DNA from: Eledone cirrhosa
Lineage: Eukaryota
Length of the DNA: 64,000 nt
Direction of reading: 5' to 3'
Assembly (NCBI GenBank): GCA_964016885.1
Contig: OZ024743.1
Location: 162,936,001 to 163,000,000 of the forward strand
Of the stretch, positions 40,046-53,451 are shown in pieces (position 1 is the stretch's first letter; every line of letters starts with the position of its first letter). A program made the position numbers and the translations under genes. The notes below the pieces were generated by a model that saw nothing but the letters and a program-made list of their open reading frames with translations, was not told the origin of the DNA and made no database searches.

Positions 40046-40129
40046 AACAATTAATGGTGCTGTGATCGAATGTGGATTTTTAGGCCAGCCAATGATCTAA
40101 AATATCTTGGACAGAGTCGGCAACCAAAA

Positions 40130-43100
40130 CATTCACTGGCAGTAGCTGACTGTGGTTGGAGTTCATGTACTTTTGCATGTCGTTTGAGCCCTCCTGCTGA
40201 TCTACACTCTCTTAAACATGCTTGGCAGGCATGATGAGAGCATCTCCAACAGTAGCCTGGTAGTCAACCATTGGTCTCACTTTATGACTGTGAAGATGAC
40301 TTTCGAGTCCAGATTTGCTGAGGTAGTCTCGCACAGACACTGCATGTCAGCACCATAGGAATGCCCTTCCTCACATCCCTTTTTACTTTCTCGTATGCGT
40401 TTTGAGATGCCTCAAAGGCGACTTTCCCATCATGTACAGTCTTTCTCCATTTATTATGATCAGCAGCTACGTTTTCCCATGTATCAGCAGAGATGTTAGC
40501 TTCTTTCAAAGAGGCTTTCAACGAATCTTTATACCTCTTTTTTTGGTTTATGTAGAGGTCGTTTTCCTTTAACTAACTCTCCATAAAAGAGTTGTTTTGG
40601 TATTCTAGAATCCTTCATCCTGGCAAGGTGACCACTCCATCAGACTCTTTGCTTAAGCACAAGAGCTTCTATACTGGCACACAGAGAGCTTTCCAAAATC
40701 TTAACATCACTGATGTGGTCCTTCCAGTGAACGCCATGGATCCGTCAGAGACACATCTGATGGAAATGCTCCAATTGTTTAAGGTGGTGTTGATATGTGA
40801 CCCAGGTTTCGCAGGCATAAAGAAGAGAAGAGAGCACACATGCCTTGTCTTCTTGCATATGTCTCGCCGAATCCAGAGGCGCCTTTCTAGCTTTCCGAAA
40901 GCATCACTTACTTTTCTAATCCTGAGTGGAATTTCATTATCAAGGTTGCTGTATCGATTGACAGTGCTTCCAAGGTAGACAAACTGATCAATCACTCCAA
41001 GTCGTTTACCATACACATAGATATTTGGTTCACTGTACTGCCTACCAGGGGCAGGTTGGTACATGACAACGGTTTTCTTGAGACTGACAGTCAATCCTAG
41101 GGCAGTGCAAGAAAATGCATTCAAAATGTGCTGCATATCACTCTCTGTGTGCGCTACAAGATCGCAATCATCTGCATACAAAAGGTCTCTTATGATTGAT
41201 GTAAATACTTTTGTTTTTGCAGCAAAGAGCCTGATTTTAAATATGCTGCCAGAGGTTCGATATTGGATGTAAACACCATGCTCGCAATTCCTGAATGCAA
41301 TATAGAAAACCACTGCAAAGTGTATCACAAACAGGGTTAGTGCTGGAATATCCCATTCTTTCACTCTATTTTTTACTGAGATAGGCTCCAACATGTTACC
41401 TCTGACATTAACCCAAGCTTTCATGTCGTCATAGAAAGAGCTAACCAAAGCAAGGAACTTACCAGGGCAACCAAGTTTCTGGAGAACCTTCCACAATGCA
41501 GTATTGAAAGCTTTTGTCAGATCAACAAAAACCTGATACAGATCCAAACCTTGTTCCATGCACTTCTCCTGTTGCTGTCTAGCTGAGAAGGTCATATCAG
41601 TAGTGCCGCATCCAGCACGAAAACCAGATTGATTTTCAGGAAGAATACAATCTGCAATGTGTATCAGCAGACGCTCCAGAAGCACCCTACATGAAATTTT
41701 TTCTACGACAGAAAGCAATGATATACCTCTATAGTTTCCACAATCATTCTTGTTACCCTTTCCCTTGTACAATACTACCATTACTGCATCTCTCCAGTCC
41801 TCAGGTACGGATTCATTAGCCCATATCCTGCCAAACAAAGAGTGAAGATGTTGCAGGAGTCTCTCACCACCATATTGTAGGAGCTCAGCATGTATGCCAT
41901 CCATACCTGGAGATCTTCCACTGTTCAGCTTCGAAATAGCCACTGCAACCTCCACAAGCGTCGGAGGTTCTGCGAGAGCTACTTTCACAGGACTTTCTGG
42001 AACGAGATTGAGGAAATCTTCACTGACGACAGATGGCTGATTCAAAAGATCATCAAAGTGCTCTCGCCACCTTCGTAGAATTCCTTGTGAGTCACGAAGA
42101 AGTTCTTTGCCATCCTTGCTGCGAAGCGGTGTCACCAGAGAAGAAGACGATCCATAAACTTCACGCAAGAGACTGTACAACAACTTTGTGTTATTGGAAT
42201 CTGATGTAGCTTGTATCTCATCAGCCTTCTCACTCCACCACCTATCCTTCATCTGAGAAAGCCTCTGCCCCACACGTGATTTTACATCCTTGAGTTCCTT
42301 ATGCAACATATTCTTCTCCTGTGGTTTTGCTGCCAAGTAGTGTGACAGAGCACGCCTCTTATCAGCCAACAATTCATCTATATATTTATCAATTTCATTA
42401 AACCAGTCTTGATGTTTTCTCTGCACCAATCCCAGAACACGCCTGCCTACATCATAAACTGATTACATTCATAAACTGATTACATCATAAACTGATTACA
42501 TTCATAAACTGATTACATCATAAACTGATTACATTCATAAACTGATTACATCATAAACTGATTACATTCATAAACTGATTACATCATAAACTGATTACAT
42601 CATAAACTGATTACATTCATAAACTCATTACATTCATAAACTCATTACATTCATAAACTGATTACATCATAAACTGATTACATTCATAAACTCATTACAT
42701 TCATAAACTGATTACATTCATAAACTGATTACATCATAAATTGATTACATTCATAAACTGATTACATTCATAAACTGATTACATCATAAACTGATTACAT
42801 TATAAACTGATTACATCATAAACTGATAACATCATAAACTGATTACATTCATAAACTGATTACATTCATAAACTGATTACATTCCGATTATATTCCATGT
42901 GTTAAAATCCCTACCCACATTTAAGTCACCAAGCACAATGACCTTGTCTGCCTAAGAGATATTTCTTAAAACACCTTTCAAGGCATGGTAGAATTCATAG
43001 TTGGAGCATACACACTCACCAAGGTCGCATATCTTCCTTTGTCCAGCGGAATTCTCATGGACATAAGATGCTCACTAATCCTACTGGGAATTCTTCTAAT

Positions 43101-43360
43101 TTATCCACAACAGCAGTCTTAACAGCAAATGCTACCCCAGCCTCTCTTCTGGTTCCTTCATCTCTTCCTTTCCAGAAGAATGTATATTCTTCACAAAATT
43201 CTGTAAGATGACCATCTCCAGCTAACCTCGTCTCAGATAAAGCCACGATGTCAAGATCGTAATGACGAAGCTCCTTTCCAACAAGAGCGGTCCTTCGTTC
43301 AGGACGTTCGGAGGAATCCCTGTCAAGCAGCATCCGTACGTTCCAGCAGCCAATATTAAA
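40130..43360 (-). mobile_element. RTE/BovB-like LINE (endonuclease + RT) with an internal deletion replaced by a minisatellite
   Basis: PERRTALV..EL..Y.LDIVALSETR, RKHQDWF, NYRGISLL, FVDLTKAF, LLYADD, FVYLGS. Confidence 0.93.
42449..42884. repeat. 16/17-bp minisatellite (ACAT[T]CATAAACTGATT), initially alternating as a 33-bp higher-order unit
   Basis: Directly visible, roughly 26 units. Confidence 0.95.
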
Positions 43361-43539
43361 TGCCTTGTTTAGCTCTATTACAGTGGCACGATGACGAGCG
43401 GGCCCAGGCTCTGATACCCGGGGGCCCCTGCCCTTATTGCCAAATATCTCTTTTGTTCCAGAGCCCTTATTGCCAATTATCTCTTTTATATTGTTTTAGA
43501 ACATCATTGAATTGGAAAAAAAAAGTAATAGTAACAACA

Positions 43540-46500
43540 ACAATAATAATAATAATACTTTCTTTATTAACCACAAGGGTTGACACAAAGTATAACATTG
43601 AGGACAACACAGGACGGTACAAATGGGCATTTTTGCATGTAAAAAACAAAAACAGAGGATGTAACAAAAAAAGAAAACAATGAAAAATTCCCCAATAGGG
43701 GGGAGACTTCCGAGGGTCGCTCGTGAAAAAAGCCTACAAAAAAGCCACGGTTACCCTGACCGCTAGGGCAAGTGCCCTCTTACAGTTTTCCTCCTACGAT
43801 GCTACACGCACATGCTCAGGGCAGGCCCATTCACACAGGCCATTCTTGCCTCTCTCACCCACCTTTCAACAAACTGGCTGGAAGGCAGCACTTCCCTCTC
43901 CACCCTGATTTTCCTTTTCAGGTGAAACCTGAAAAAGTTAATGAGGGCGTCACCGAAGAGGAAAGTACCCGTCTTCAACTCTTTCAGACGTATCCACCAT
44001 ACGATCTATTTTACCATGGTCACCAGGCAGATAAAAACTGCCTGCCCAGCTAAAGGAGGGCGGCAGAGCAATCCTCATGATGGACTCAACTGATAGCCGG
44101 ATCCGTCCTACACGCGACAGCAGATGTTCGACATAAAGCCACAAGTCAGCAATGCTCGGACACTGGACGAGTGCGTGCAGGGTGGTTTCGTCGCCCTGCG
44201 CGCACCGCAGACAGGCCCGGCTGCCGGCACTTCCATGCCTGTAGAGTTTATTCCAAACTGGCAAGGCTCCTCCGGTAGCACTGCCAGGCCAGGGATTTCT
44301 GGAAGTTGTCCATGGGCCCCGGCCCGAAAGTTCTCCCAAAGAGATTGGCTAGTTGATTTTCGTCAACGCCCAGGGTCTCCCCAAGGACATCGTCGCTCTT
44401 TCCCTCCACTAACCCTCTATAGAACGCCAAGGTGGAGTTTCCACCGATCACATTGCCCGACTGGTCGAGGGCTGTAAGCGCCTGAAGACATTCCAGTCTC
44501 CAAGCACTCCCTCTCGGTCTTCGCTTGACCCAGGACTGCAGCTCCGTCAAGGAGACGAGCTGGGGAAAGACGCGTCTAGCAAAGGGCGACAACATCTGAT
44601 CACCGTCGAAGAAGAGGTGGAGATGCCGTAGCCTGAGCGCGTGTCTGCACATCATCAGCCACGGCATGCCCAGCACTCCGCGTAGAGGGTGTTGATAGCA
44701 GATGGACCGCCTGACCATCAGAGGACGTCCCTTCCACAAAAAGCGAAAAAGCAAATGCTCCAGTGCAGTCAGGCGAGGCTTAGGACAAGGCACGATGGTC
44801 AGGCGGTAGTAGATGACGTATGCGATGTACGCATTCGCCACTTCCGCTCGACCTTTCAGGGATAGCTTCCTCTCGGCCCCTTTTCTGGGTGAGAGAGGCC
44901 AACCTGCTCGTCACATCATCCCAGTTTTTGTCCGTCTGGAGGTCCAGACCGAACCAGGCCCCTAGCAATTTAACTGGTCTGTCCGTCCAGCGACATGGAC
45001 CTGCCTCTCCAGGTGCCGAGTTGCAGGACCACCGACTTTTCCTGGTTGATCATTGCTCCTGTCCCCGCCTCGTATTCTCTTAGTGTGGTGCCGATCGCCT
45101 CGATGTGTTTGGCATTCGACACCACTACGGTGACATCGTCCGCATAAGCTGACACGGTTCTTCCGCATCCCAGTTCGCGCGGGACTCCGCTCAACATCTC
45201 CAGTTTGTGCAGTAATGGCTCGAGAGTCAATACATACAACAGGGACGAGAGAGGACATCCTTAGCAGACCGGGCGCATGATGTTGAACGGTCTTGAAAGG
45301 TGACCGTTCACTCTCACCACAGAGCAGATGTCGCTGTGCATGGCAGCGATCCAGCCTCTGAAGACGTGCCCAAAGTCAGCCGCCCTCGGGACTGCCGCTA
45401 GGTAACGATGGTCGACCCTATCGAAAGCTTTCGACTGATGTAAATTGATAAAAGACCCACCCGTGCCAGGTTCCCTAGCTACCCTCTCTACAATGTATCG
45501 CATGATGTGGAGGTTGTCGTGGATGGATCTGTCTGGAATGGCGCCTCTCCCACCAGGCCACCGACGACAAGCGCCAACTTCTTTGGTAGCACCTTAGCCA
45601 AAATCTTGAACAAGTCTGGCATATGTACGTAAAGTTCGTAGGGCAGACCATCCAAACCAGGCGATTTACCCATTGTGCAGCCAGTCATTGCCTCCCGTAC
45701 TTCAGCAGCTGTTATCGGCTTTTCGCAACACTCCGCCTCAGTGGCTGAGAGCCGCAGCAGTCCATTGAGGTAGACGCTGAAGTGCATCCCGCGATCCAGC
45801 CCGCCACTGCTCCCGAACAGCTGAGCAAAGTGCTGCTGAAAAACCGCACACATCTGCCCGGGATCGAGTAGCATGCACCCATCGTGGTCCGTCAAAGACC
45901 AGATCGTGGCTTTGTTGGCATGCCGCGCCTCTGCCACCCGGGCCTATCGAACAGCTTTCGTCCCCTCATGTCTGAGAGCACGCGCCCTAGCTCTGACAAC
46001 GCAGCCTTTGTGCTTTGTGTTGAAAAATTGGTCGAGAGCCAATTTCGCCGCAAGTACGTCGGTGGCGATGCCCTTGCTAAGCGCTTCGTCTAATTTTCTA
46101 ACTAGTTCTCCCTCTGCTCTATTTTTCTCTATCACTAACGCCTTACTACACCTAATGGACTCTATTCTAATCGCTCTTTTCAGGGCAAACCACCATTTGT
46201 TGTTGACGATGGCCCCCGTCAATGCCTGCTTAACTAATTCGCTAATCCGGTCTCTGTAAGCTTTGCGTGCTGTTAACAACGCATTTAGCTTCCAGTAGCC
46301 GGGTCCTTGTCTATGAAGCTTATATAAGTCAACCTCACAGATCATGAATTTGTGGTCCGTGTAGTCAACTATCTTGAATTGTGGACAGCCTATGCTAGAC
46401 CTATCTATTTCCCTACAAAATACCCTATCTTGATATGATCTGGATGACCCGATACGATTTGTCCAAGTCCACATTGGCACATTCGGTAAATCCAACCAGT

Positions 46501-48810
46501 ATCTGTCAGATAGTTGAAAAATTCTGAGCGGGTTTGTGAGGCTTTTACACCCTCCTCCCCTATCTGCTAATCCCACACTGTCCCAGCGTGCATCTAAGAT
46601 CCCGTTCCAGTCGCCTACTAACACTAAAGAGCGGGACGTTCCAAAAAAGGTCACCAGACACCGGAAGAAGTCAGGCCGTCCTGCTCCTGTTGGGGCATAG
46701 ACGGTCACTAGCCTGAAAGCTTGCCCGTCTCCGGTGGTCACGTCCATCGCCACCAATTTACCTTCTGGGTCCAACACAGTCTTCGGAACAACACAGTCAC
46801 CCCCCCCCTTTCTTCCCGACCCGGGACGGCTTGGAAATGTGTACACCACGTAGCCGCCGAAAATGGGTGCGAATGTCCATGCCTCGGAGATTCTGGTCTC
46901 GCTGATGGCCACCACATCTATGTTTAGCGACCTGAGATCATTGAGCAGGTGGCTCTGCTTCCAAGACAATCCCAGGCCACGTGCATTTATGCTACCTATC
47001 CTGAGAGAAACCATGTTGGCTAGGATAGGAGAAAACAAGTGAGAGGGGAAAAGTAAAAAATTTACCTGTGTCTCTTTTTTAAGAAGGAGGTGGGTGATAC
47101 ATCCCTCCAACCAGTGGTGGATTTCTCTATGAGAATGCCTGTGAATATTCTTTTAGTGATGTTCATTCGGTAGTCTCCAGTTGATGTAGGGAACATTTTT
47201 TTTAATGTCATGTAATTTTTGGCGGTGATTTCTATTATTTTTATGTGTGTGTGAGAGGGGGGGGGGCAATTTTTGTGGTCTGTACGTAGTTTGTTTCTGT
47301 GATGTTGGTGTGCTGTTGTATGCAATTTAAAAGCTTTGTGTTGTCTGTCTATAGCTGTGTATTGTGTCTGCTGTTGGGGTGTTGCTGCTTTCTGTGTTTG
47401 CTGTGGTGTTGTTGGAGGTGTAGATGCTAATGGTGGCAGTGGTGGTGGTGTAGGTGGTTGTTGATGGTGGTGGAGGAGGTGGGGGTCGTTTTCATATTCT
47501 TTTTTTAGTTTCTTTCTTCCTCTTTTTTTTTTTGGAGGGCAAAGGTAGGGAGTTCTTCCTTTCTTTGCTGGGATGGTTTTCCATCCTTCGACCTCATCGC
47601 ACTCCTTGTCCAATTTAGCAATATCAGGAAGGGGCATGCTCTCCATTGGTTCTGTTGGTGGCGGCGGAGATGGTGCTTTTGTTGTTGGGGATAGTGATTT
47701 TTCTTCTGCCACTGTGTTCTTGGTTGGTTTGTCTACTCCAGTCGCGGGGCACGGCGTAGGGAGGAGTGAGCGCGTGTCCGTTTTGGTGAGTTTGGGGCAG
47801 AAGCCCTTAAGGTGTGTCTTGTCACCGCATCCTTGACACCTTGGGCACCTACCTTCGACAGTCACGGGTAGATGGCTGCCGTCATCCAGGTCTATTACAT
47901 CGGGGATGACCTCGATGCTCTCATGGTTTGCTTGGATGATTAACTCCATCCCCGACCCTGTCAAATTCTCCTGCCTTATTTGCATGACGTCGAGGATAGT
48001 TGTTGAATCCTCGACGTCAGCGAGGACGGCCGACATCAGCCACGTGATCTCCACTGAGGGCGGAACCTGGGTTACTCGAACCCTCACCACCCTCTGGCAA
48101 CAGTATGTGGGCATCATTATTATTTAGTCACTGTGGAGTGGCGCAATGGAGTGTGCTCTGGCTTCTTCCGGTGTAGCGAAGGGTACATCCACAATGCCAT
48201 ACCTCGATCCTGAGGCTATGTTTGTTTTCTGTGCCCAGACAGCACCCATAGCCCTTTGGACCTGTGACTCCATTACCCGTTCGACTTGGCGCGATTTTAT
48301 TCCGATTGTGCGATAACTGACCGCACACAAAAGCTTGTTTTTCATTATATTTGCTTGGCGGGTGAGACTTACCCTGTGTCCGGTCTTTTTAACCAAGATC
48401 TTGGCTTGCTTTATCCCAGCGTTGGTGATGTGTACCCATTCAACATTTTTTGCAGCTTTAGCAAATGATGTGGTTGTGGTCAGCTGTGCTGACTCATCGC
48501 TAGTCTTGCTTTTGTTGTTATTGGTAGTGTTCTTGTTGGTTTCTTTTTCTTCTGTGTTGCTGCTGTTACAGTTGTTGCTCCTTGGGTTCTTTATGGTTGT
48601 TGCTGCTGTTATTGTTGTTATTGTGGTGGCGGTGGTGTCTGATCCTTCTAATGATGGAAAATTTTCATCGTAGTTGCCACTGTTGCTGCTGCTGTTGTCA
48701 CTGCCACTGCCACTGTGGCTGCTGCTGTTTCTGTTGTTCTTGCCTTTGCTTTAATAATATTCAACTGACTTACTCCGTTGTAGTTACAGCTGTCTCGAGA
48801 AATTCAGCAC
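43540..48810 (-). mobile_element. Near full-length, degenerate Tx1/L1-clade LINE (ORF1 with CCHC knuckle; ORF2 APE-RT-Zn finger)
   Basis: ORF1 CQGCGDKTHLKGFC; ORF2 from ATG 47014: SINARGL, SETR, GDWN, TDH, YWKLN, KSPGLDGLP, KAFDRVDH, YADD, CLRC...ETTLHALVQC; AATAAA and (TTA)n tail. Confidence 0.92.
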
Positions 48811-48858
<48 letters not shown>

Positions 48859-49159
48859 GAGGGCGTATTTTTATAAGTTTGTGTTTGCACGATTATAGTT
48901 ATATACTCATAATAGTTATATACTCATACATATAGATGTATGTATGTGCACACTCATACGCGTCAGCATGTAGAAAATCATAATCTCTCTATCTCTCTCA
49001 TCACACACTCTCTATTTCTATATATATGCTAGTTGAAGTGGTGGTGGTGGCGACGATATACCGGAAGTGCAACTTTGAAAAGAAGTCAATTTTAAATTAT
49101 TTATTTTTACGAAATTATTTGTTTATGAAATTTAGTATATAAATTATGTAATATTCATT

Positions 49160-49775
49160 CCAGTATCAGTAGAGGGTCGGACGCCATGCTTTCCAGCATA
49201 GTTACGTCCCTTTACGATCTGAGTTCAAATCCCGCCGAGGTTGACTTTGCCTTTCATCCTTACGGGGTCGATAAAATAAAGTACCAGTAATGCACTGGGT
49301 AATTGCTGGCCTTGTGCCTAAAGTAGAAACAATTATTTATTCAAAGTAATCCAACTTATTTTACTAACTGGATTAAAAGAAATAAACCGTACGAAGTCCC
49401 GCAGACCTTCCTTTATTATAGTTTAGACAAGATGTGTCAACTGTTGACTTTCAAAAAAGTTCGTACAATTGAAGCTGTTCGTGTGTTAATTTCAAATCCC
49501 GCTGAGGTTAACTTTGCCTTTCATCCTTATGGGGTCGATGAAATAAAGTACCAGTAACTCACTGGGGGTCGATTTAATTGACTTGCCCTCCCCCCAAATT
49601 GCTGGCCTTGTGCCTAAATCAGAAACCATTATTATAGTTGCTTTACAGCATAGAGTTATGACCCTATACGTTCCGAGTTCAAATCATGCCTTTCATCCCC
49701 ACGAGGTCGATAAAACAAAGCACCAGTAATACACTGGAATATTTGCTGGCCTTGTGCCAAAAGTAGAAACAATTA
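49160..49775 (+). mobile_element. Cluster of three tRNA-derived SINE copies
   Basis: Repeated conserved core and GCTGGCCTTGTGCC(T/A)AAA 3' part. Confidence 0.8.
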
Positions 49776-49870
49776 TTATAGTTGTTGTTATCTTAAGGCC
49801 CAATCGTTGACCGAGTGGTGATGGTGGTGGCAGTTGATGTTGTTGTTGTTTTCCTTTATATATATATATA

Positions 49871-52008
49871 CAATAGTGAATTTAGTGCAGAATATTAATA
49901 GAATTAATAATATAAACTTAAAACCTAACCAGAATACCATTAATACCCCTAGCAATATCCAATATAATAGTACGGCTCCTAGTAACTTAAATTTAGATAA
50001 ATGTAACTGTAGAAATAAATCTAACTGTCCTCTAAATAATAACTGTTTAGTTAAAAACATAGTATACAATTGTAATGTAAACTCTTTTAATTATGTAGGC
50101 TCTACCTCCACAGATTTTAAGTCCCGTTTTAATAACCACAAATGCTCTTTTACGAATATTAGTAAAAAATCTTCAACTTCTCTATCTAATTTACTATGGG
50201 ACCTAAAATCTTCAACTTCTCTATCTAATTTACTATAGGACCTAAAATCAAAGAACATTAACTATTCTTTACTTTGGAATATTATCTCCAAAGCTTCTTC
50301 ATACAATACTTTATCCGAAAATTATGCTCTTTGTATAGAAGAAATATTCTTTATATTAAAAAGTAAGGATTCTGTTAATTTAAGGAATAATTTATTCAGT
50401 TCTTGCAAACTTTTAAATATATATATAAAATGTAATGTATAACTTATCTCTTTTACATAATGTCCTCTATAACTTATTTTCCATTAACTCTACTTCACAT
50501 ATATTATTATTACACCTATCGATAAATCATTAAATTCCTTTATATAACTGCTTGGAACTCCTTTAAATAAACATTTTTCTTGATAACATTTTTTCTTGAT
50601 AAATTTACTGAAGGGTTTAAGAAAATTTTTTGAAAATTCCTTTGAAGGGTATAGAAAAATTATATTTTATATTTTATATTTTTATATTTTTATATTCTTA
50701 TGTTTTTCAAAGGTTTAATATAAAATATATATGTATTCAAATGTTTAAAATATATATATATCCAAATGTTTATGCGATAAACATAATGTTTTTTTTATGT
50801 ATGTGTGGTATAACCTAGAATTTATGATAGAAAATGTAACTTTTTAACTTCTTAACCTTATAGCATTTAATCCTTCTTAGATTCATCAGAGTTATTAATA
50901 AATCACTAATAACTTCCTTTACGCTTTACTGCTATTATAATACAAATAAGGGGTTATTCTTCTGTAAACTCTCGGAATTTCCATAAATTTAGAATTATTT
51001 GGATATTTTAAATTTTTAACTTAAAATTTTTATAATATATATATTTTATAATAAATTTTTAAAGAATTAATAATATATATATTTTATAATAAATTTTTAA
51101 AGAATTAATAATATATATATTTTATAATAATTTTTTAATAATTAATAATATATATATTTTATAATAATATGTATATTTTTAATATATTTTTTTTAATAAT
51201 ATATAATAGTTTTTAATATTTTTAAATTTTTAATTTTTTAATTTTTTAATTTTTTAATTTTTTAATTTTTTAATAATCTAACATTTAAACTAATTATTAA
51301 ATTATTAAATTATTAATTAAACATTGAATCAAATTTATTAATTAAACCTTTAAATAAATTTTTTCAACCTATCGTTATAAATAGTGTAGTCAAAACATAA
51401 TGAATCCTGCTGTATTATTCATCCACGCTATATTCGTTTCTTCGCTTCTTCTTTCCTCTCACGTAAACACACTTACGCTATATTTGTCCTTATAACTAAT
51501 ATTTTCTCTCACTTAAATATAATCACGCTATACTCTTTCCACTGGCAAAAAATATATATAAACAGTTCTTCTTTTTCTCTTTCTTTTTTTTCTCTCTCCA
51601 TCACAATATCACTCTCTTCCAACGGTTTAATTTAAATATACCGTTATTTAAACCTTTCGGACACTCATTTGCATACTCAATCATAACCTTATATCACCCT
51701 CAATAAATCTAATATCTCCACTATCCAGGAAGCTCCAACCGTTAAGGTTGTCTTTTTTTTTTTCAGGGTATGTCAATATTTATTTATAAAACTAATCTGT
51801 ATTGTATTTTATCTGATGAAAGCGCACCATAATTTGCCTTGGTGGCCCTTGAAATATGTATAATAAAATAAATATAGTTTTATAAATATAGTTTCCATTT
51901 GTTAATATATTGTATATTTACTCCAATAATTTGTTGAGTGCTTTATATCAGTTATAAAAATATTTTTAAGCTTGTTGTATCCCAACAAATTAAATATAAC
52001 CTTTGCAT
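49871..52008 (+). mobile_element. 5'-truncated Naiad-type Penelope-like element (GIY-YIG remnant ~49950-50442, long AT-rich 3' region, terminal hammerhead)
   Basis: CNCRNKSNCPLNNNC (CxCx5Cx5C), NIVY..YVGST..FKSRFNNH; 39-bp duplication introduces TAG; bounded by (TA)n on both sides. Confidence 0.75.
51805..51870 (+). ncRNA. Type-I minimal hammerhead ribozyme (family A)
   Basis: TATTTTAT-CTGATGA-stem II-GAAA-TATGTA-TA-ATAAAATA; downstream ~35 nt nearly identical to those after 39070. Confidence 0.85.
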
Positions 52009-52143
52009 ATATATATATATATAGGGGGTGAGTTTTATTGTAGTACAATAAACAATGCAGATATCGGATAAGTAGCACTCTACAGTTTGTAGGACTGGAT
52101 TATAAATAATATAAGATCAAAAGATGGTTAAAAGAATTCCATG

Positions 52144-52214
52144 TATTTTATTATGCGCATTTCAAAAACAAATATCATCATGCGATGACATTTGCGTTTT
52201 CATCAGATAAAATA
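52144..52214 (-). ncRNA. Hammerhead ribozyme (family B)
   Basis: CTGATGA...GAAA-TGCGCA-TA with perfect 8-bp stem I on minus. Confidence 0.85.
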
Positions 52215-52334
52215 GGTAGACATGATATGAAGGTTAAAAAACACTTGTGAATAGTGCAGTTTTAAATCAACATATATGTTGATTTAAAACTGCACTATTC
52301 ACAAGTGTTTTTTAACCTTCATATCATGTCTACC

Positions 52335-52405
52335 TATTTTATCTGATGAAAACGCAAATGTCATCGCATGATGATATTTGTTTTTGAAATGCGCATAATA
52401 AAATT
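52335..52405 (+). ncRNA. Hammerhead ribozyme (family B), mirror copy
   Basis: TATTTTAT-CTGATGA-AAACGCAAATGTCATC...GATATTTGTTTTT-GAAA-TGCGCA-TA-ATAAAATT. Confidence 0.85.
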
Positions 52406-52479
52406 CATGGAACTCTTTTAACCATCTTTTGATCTTATATTATATATATATATATACACACACACAGGCCCACAGCAGG

Positions 52480-53451
52480 GAAATTTAAGCATGCGTTTTT
52501 ATCACATGATGAAGAAAATGAAGTATCGTCACCACGCTCCTTAACACCTGTGTGCCCTACTCGATGGCTAACACGACTTTCTGCAGAAGCCCTTCTTGAA
52601 AATTATTCAGATGTCCTCATTTCTTTACAAGAGGCAACAAATGAGGTTGGCATCAACATTGCATCCAGAGCTAATGGTATTCTTACGTGTCCCTCTACAG
52701 ACCAATGTGTTATTGTATTGCATGTTGCAGTTCCGTTACTTCAACTCCTCGAATGATTGAACAAATCTTTTCAAAGTACTACCATCAATCTATGTGGCAT
52801 ATTGCATACTGTCAAATTGGTGCAGGAGGAGCTAAAAAATCTACGCAGTGAAGAAAAATTTCAGGAGCTGTTCAATTCAGCAGAAAAAATTATTTATCAA
52901 CTCGATATTTTTTCCTTTGGAGCTACCCAGGCAACGAAAAGTTCCTAAAAGATACCAGGAAGTAAATGCGTTAAAATATCAGCACTGTTTTGAATCATTA
53001 CAGAGTGCAGCATTTGCAGCTAGTGGATACTGCAATAGCAAATTTGAAAGATTTATTTTCTTTCGCAGGATTTAGCAGATTATGAAAAACTTAGCAATAT
53101 ATTATTCAATGGAAATTTTTGTGCTGAAGTAATCATGCAGTATCCAGAGCCTGATAAATTTTCTTTAAGGAACGAAATACTTTTTTTATAGAAATGCAAC
53201 AGAAGTCCGTCGCATGTTTCCAAATATTGAGCTCAGGCTACTTTTAGTGTTTCCAACCAGTTCTTGTGAAGCTGAAAGATCTTTTAGCGCTCTGCGGAGA
53301 CTCAAACTTGGCTGCGATTGACCACGACTCAGCAAAAGTTCTAATATGCCACGTTCATAGAGATGTTTTGAAAAAGATGAATTGTGAAGAAGCTGCTAAA
53401 TTATTTATTGACAGCAATGATGCGATATATAATACATTTGGAAAGTTCTAA
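52480..53451 (+). pseudogene. hAT transposase C-terminal remnant (frameshifted)
   Basis: CPTRWLTR; LPRQRKVPKRY; LLLVFPTSSCEAERSFSALRRLK (hAT dimerisation motif). Confidence 0.88.

Larger units (their letters stand above)
52107..52442. repeat. 336-bp spacerless palindrome (2 mismatches) carrying two hammerheads
   Basis: Centre CAACATA|TATGTTG at 52274/52275; arm homologous to 35315-35485. Confidence 0.95.

Noticed and set aside
42449-42884. Short regular repeats as a CRISPR or telomeric array
   Set aside because: No spacers; the unit derives from the surrounding LINE.
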